From Naegleria gruberi (lineage: Eukaryota): a stretch of 1,619 nucleotides of DNA. The stretch is taken from NCBI GenBank assembly GCA_000004985.1, contig GG739369.1; one strand, given 5' to 3'. Numbering within the stretch: the first letter of the stretch is position 1; each line of letters opens with the position of its first letter. The notes beneath the pieces are model-generated. The model did no database searches and was not told the origin of the DNA. It saw only the letters and a list, made by a program, of their open reading frames with translations. Position numbers and translations under genes: made by a program. This document shows, piece after piece, positions 1 through 1,619 of the stretch.

Positions 1-120
1 GTGGAAGGAGTTAAAACAATGACTCGTTGCTCGCTACCTGCAGAAGGTGAGCTAAGGTCTTTCGTTTTCTTGTTGTTCTTTGGTGTAGTTGGTGTTGGGG
101 CCATTGTGATAATTTTTTGA
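1..120 (+). CDS. Possible 3' end of a protein-coding gene entering from upstream (frame 1 is open from position 1 to TGA at 118-120). The C-terminal residues ...GELRSFVFLLFFGVVGVGAIVIIF* form a ~20-aa hydrophobic tail ending at the stop, as in tail-anchored membrane proteins.
   Basis: Frame 1 is stop-free for 39 codons; the other two + frames stop at 19-21 and 10-12. The region is GC-richer than the AT-rich sequence that follows. Third codon positions are T-rich (GTT, GGT, TTC, TTG, CGT, ACT, CCT, TCT), as in AT-rich yeast coding DNA. The hydrophobic stretch runs to the stop codon and is followed by an AT-rich UTR-like sequence. Caveat: the fragment is only 39 codons, and the minus strand (104 down to 1) is also open. 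Confidence 0.4.
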   Translation: MEGVKTMTRCSLPAEGELRSFVFLLFFGVVGVGAIVIIF

Positions 121-239
121 GCATGGAAAAATACTCAACTTATATTTTATTAAGTTTACAATGAAAACAAGTCCATTCTTCACTTCGCTCAGAATTAGAC
201 ATCATTTGACTACTTTCAGCTTTTATTGTTAAAAACATA

Positions 240-245
240 AATAAA
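240..245 (+). promoter_or_regulatory. Candidate polyadenylation positioning element AATAAA, ~120 nt downstream of the stop at 118-120, preceded by a TATATTTTA efficiency-element-like stretch at 161-169.
   Basis: An AATAAA hexamer lies at 240-245 in an AT-rich 3' flank. Yeast-type 3'-end signals are degenerate and AT-rich, so this is only suggestive. Confidence 0.2.
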
Positions 246-740
246 TTTCCGGTGTTTATTACAACTAGGTAAAACTGAAACGGTACTACTAAGTTTAAGG
301 CAGATATTTGTCCACTTTTCCCTGACTATTTTACAACAGTGATTTTATGATGATTAAGGGAGATTAGAAACATTACCTTTCCCACTTCACCATTACGGCC
401 ACTAATTCGGCAACATATTAACATCAAAAAATTGATGTATGTACTCTTACCTCTTGCCTTGATGACCATCTTCTCCGTCCTTACCACTCAAATCAACTGT
501 TATGCTGTTTTTCAGCATTTTTTTTCGAATGTTCTGCACTTTGAAATTTACATAACCCAAATCAAGCATATTTAGCACCAACAAGAGCTGGCACAATGGT
601 TTCTTTGTGGATGATAATAAAATAAGTCAAAATTCTAAAAGTTCCTAAATTGAACATGAATGTTTTCTTTTAAATTGGTCTTATTAAGGGTAGTAACTTC
701 CCATTTTGAGCAAAGTATGAACTTTAACTATTACATCCTG

Positions 741-833
741 CACAACGTTGATCACTATGAACATGCTTGACTCAATTATTTTCACAATGGCTTAGCTGTG
801 ATCAACGTTGTGAGTCAAGCATGTTCATAGTGA
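741..833. repeat. Composite interleaved inverted repeat. Arm A 741-755 (cacaacgttgatcac) is the exact reverse complement of 798-812 (gtgatcaacgttgtg). Arm B 752-774 (tcactatgaacatgcttgactca) is the exact reverse complement of 811-833 (tgagtcaagcatgttcatagtga).
   Basis: I read this directly from the sequence: 15/15 and 23/23 perfect complementarity. The order is A-B-spacer-A'-B' rather than A-B-spacer-B'-A', so the two pairings cross (pseudoknot topology, or two mutually exclusive hairpins). A 23-bp perfect inverted match within 100 bp is vastly beyond chance for this composition. Confidence 0.85.
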
Positions 834-909
834 AGAACAAACCAAAATCTTGATTAAAATATATTCCTTACAATCCTAACTGTTGCTTAAAGATTTATGA
901 CTCAGAACT

Positions 910-920
910 TAAATAAATGA
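910..920 (+). promoter_or_regulatory. A/T-rich TATA-like element (ttaaataaatg) immediately upstream of the 5S start; possible upstream Pol III promoter element.
   Basis: Some fungi (fission yeast, Neurospora) use an upstream TATA element in addition to the internal control region for 5S and tRNA transcription. Here the AT-rich block is at about -13 to -3, closer than the canonical -30, so the assignment is weak. Confidence 0.2.
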
Positions 921-922
921 AT

Positions 923-1040
923 GGCTACGGCCATATCACGATGAATGTATCTCATCACGTCCGATTTGAGAAGTTAAGCATCGTCGAGCCACATCAGTAC
1001 TGAGGTTGGAGACAACTTGGGAACCTGTGGTGCTGTAGTC
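923..1040 (+). rRNA. 5S ribosomal RNA gene (eukaryotic nuclear type, ~118 nt), transcribed by RNA polymerase III.
   Basis: GGCTACGGCCATATCACG...CGTCCGAT...AAGTTAAGC...GAGCC...AGTACTGAGGTTGGAGACAACTTGGGAACCTGTGGTGCTGTAGTC aligns along its length with eukaryotic 5S rRNAs (compare GCCTACGGCCATACC...CCCGTCCGATC...GAAGCTAAGC...AGTACT...GGGAGACC...TGGGAA...GGTGCTGTAGGC). Helix I closes: 5' GGCUAC pairs with 3' GUAGUC, with one G-U wobble. Helix II (15-21 CACGAUG with 57-64 CAUCGUCG, one bulge) and helix V (67-71 with 104-108) keep pairing through compensatory changes relative to vertebrate 5S. That argues for a functional gene rather than a decayed pseudocopy. Confidence 0.9.
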
Positions 1041-1045
1041 TTTTT
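1041..1045 (+). terminator. RNA polymerase III terminator (T5 run) abutting the 3' end of the 5S gene.
   Basis: TTTTT lies directly after ...GCTGTAGTC. A run of 4 or more T on the coding strand is the canonical Pol III termination signal. Confidence 0.7.
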
Positions 1046-1059
1046 ACCTTAATAACTTT

Positions 1060-1077
1060 TATAAACTTGGTATAACA
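1060..1077 (+). promoter_or_regulatory. Candidate TATA elements (TATAAA at 1060-1065; TATAAC at 1071-1076) about 185-200 bp upstream of the ATG at 1260.
   Basis: Consensus TATAAA lies in the spacer between the 5S gene and the downstream ORF. There is no transcript data, and TATA-like strings are common in AT-rich DNA. Confidence 0.2.
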
Positions 1078-1259
1078 AACCTACATTGAACACAAGATTC
1101 GTATACTCTTGCCTTCACTGGTTGACTGAAGAGGGATTGTCGCCTGTTCCTTGCAGGCTTCCGTCTATTAACGGATCCTATTTCTTAAAATACTAAATAA
1201 ATAATACTCCTTATCAATTCAGTTTTACTACCTTAACCTCTTCCATTAGCCAAAAAAAA

Positions 1260-1619
1260 ATGACAACAAAGGTATCCAATATTTTGCATTCTCTTTTGAG
1301 TGACTACTTAGCAGATGTAAAACCTGTCCAACAAGTAAATTACTTTCCGGCTTGTTTATTAGAGACTGTTGCCAACGACTGTGCAAATATCACAAAATTC
1401 AACTTTACAATGGGCAAGGAGCAGTTAGAACAAAGTCTTCTTCCTCTGTTTATATTCAAATCAAAAACATCCTACAATGAAACTTTTTATGATTTATCAG
1501 AACATGTTTTGATGGAAGAAAATTACTGGCTGAAGGAAAAAACAACCTTTTCTAAGGAGCCTCAAATATCGCTCAAACATACCACAAAGTGTAACCAAAC
1601 CTTGAATTACAAGAGGAAA
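1260..1619 (+). CDS. 5' portion of a protein-coding gene, unknown product. The encoded start is MTTKVSNILHSLLSDYLADVKPVQQVNYFPACLLETVANDCANITKFNFTMGKEQLEQSLLPLFIFKSKTSYNETFYDLSEHVLMEENYWLKEKTTFSKEPQISLKHTTKCNQTLNYKRK... The frame is still open at the end of the window.
   Basis: ATG at 1260-1262 sits in the context caaaaaaaaaATGac; an A-rich -1 to -9 region is typical of yeast-like initiation sites. It is the first in-frame ATG after the in-frame TAA at 1194-1196. The next 120 codons have no stop, although the sequence is ~65% A+T and random frames here stop every ~15-20 codons. Both other + frames are closed (TGA at 1261-1263). Amino-acid composition is mixed, not low-complexity. Confidence 0.65.
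   Translation, partial: MTTKVSNILHSLLSDYLADVKPVQQVNYFPACLLETVANDCANITKFNFTMGKEQLEQSLLPLFIFKSKTSYNETFYDLSEHVLMEENYWLKEKTTFSKEPQISLKHTTKCNQTLNYKRK

Noticed and set aside
1-104. Minus-strand ORF starting at ATG (104-102) in a good Kozak-like context (atcacaATGGcc), open for 34 codons to the window edge (MAPTPTTPKNNKKTKDLSSPSAGSEQRVIVLTPS...).
   Set aside because: Not excluded, but judged less likely than the + frame. Its codon choices (GCC, CCA, ACA, ACG, AGC, CGA, GTC) fit an AT-rich yeast-like genome less well than the + frame, and the + frame gives a coherent tail-anchor architecture ending at a stop. Only flanking sequence or expression data can decide.
347-465. Possible box C/D snoRNA: TGATGA motifs at 347-353 (ATGATGA) and 460-465.
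   Set aside because: No appropriately spaced CUGA D box, no terminal stem flanking the C and D positions, and no recognisable guide complementarity. TGATGA is frequent in AT-rich DNA.
508-525. T5 (508-512) and T8 (518-525) runs on the + strand, which could terminate a second Pol III transcript.
   Set aside because: No upstream sequence resembling a tRNA (A/B boxes), a 5S or an snRNA, and the T8 run doubles as the A-rich leader of the minus-strand ATG. Most likely just AT-rich spacer.
754-774. p53-like half-site GAACATGCTT inside arm B of the inverted repeat.
   Set aside because: It is a single half-site, and the organism appears to be a fungus or protist lacking p53-family factors. Coincidental.
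101-791. Recurrent CACAATGG octamer (591-598, 784-791, and as the reverse complement at 101-108).
   Set aside because: 8-10-mer recurrences at this frequency are expected by chance in 1.6 kb of both strands.
451-1115. Shared 10-mer CTCTTGCCTT at 451-460 and 1106-1115, each preceded by a TACT-containing stretch.
   Set aside because: For a window of this size the expected number of chance repeated 10-11-mers is of order 0.3-1, so this is not significant without further copies.
1-1619. Prokaryotic-style defence or accessory system (operon of ORFs, CRISPR array, toxin-antitoxin pair, integrase).
   Set aside because: Nothing in the sequence supports it. The only structured gene is a eukaryotic-type 5S rRNA with a Pol III T-run terminator. 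There are no Shine-Dalgarno-coupled ORFs or direct-repeat/spacer arrays, and no tRNA (no GTTCGA T-loop motif on either strand).

Overview
This AT-rich (~65% A+T) 1,619-bp window looks like nuclear DNA from a unicellular eukaryote, not a prokaryotic accessory island. There are no operon-like ORF strings, CRISPR repeats, RBS-coupled ORFs or tRNAs. Three features sit on the + strand in the same orientation. (1) Positions 1-120 carry an open frame ending in TGA whose last ~20 codons encode a purely hydrophobic stretch, consistent with the C-terminus of a tail-anchored membrane protein; the call is tentative. (2) Positions 923-1040 hold an unmistakable eukaryotic 5S rRNA gene, followed immediately by a T5 Pol III terminator. 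Its 3' domain (GGTTGGAGACAAC...GGTGCTGTAG) closely resembles fission-yeast-type 5S as I recall it. It stands alone between protein-coding genes rather than inside an rDNA repeat. (3) An ATG at 1260, in an A9 Kozak-like context, opens a 120-codon stop-free frame that runs off the window; I do not recognise the protein. The ~800-bp spacer between (1) and (2) has no convincing ORF. It does contain the most unusual structure in the window: a composite, interleaved inverted repeat at 741-833 with perfect 15-bp and 23-bp arms in a crossing (pseudoknot-like) arrangement. This repeat carries two of three TGACTCA/TGAGTCA heptamers clustered within ~140 bp upstream of the 5S gene. I cannot identify the organism. 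All functional assignments except the 5S gene are inferences from sequence alone.
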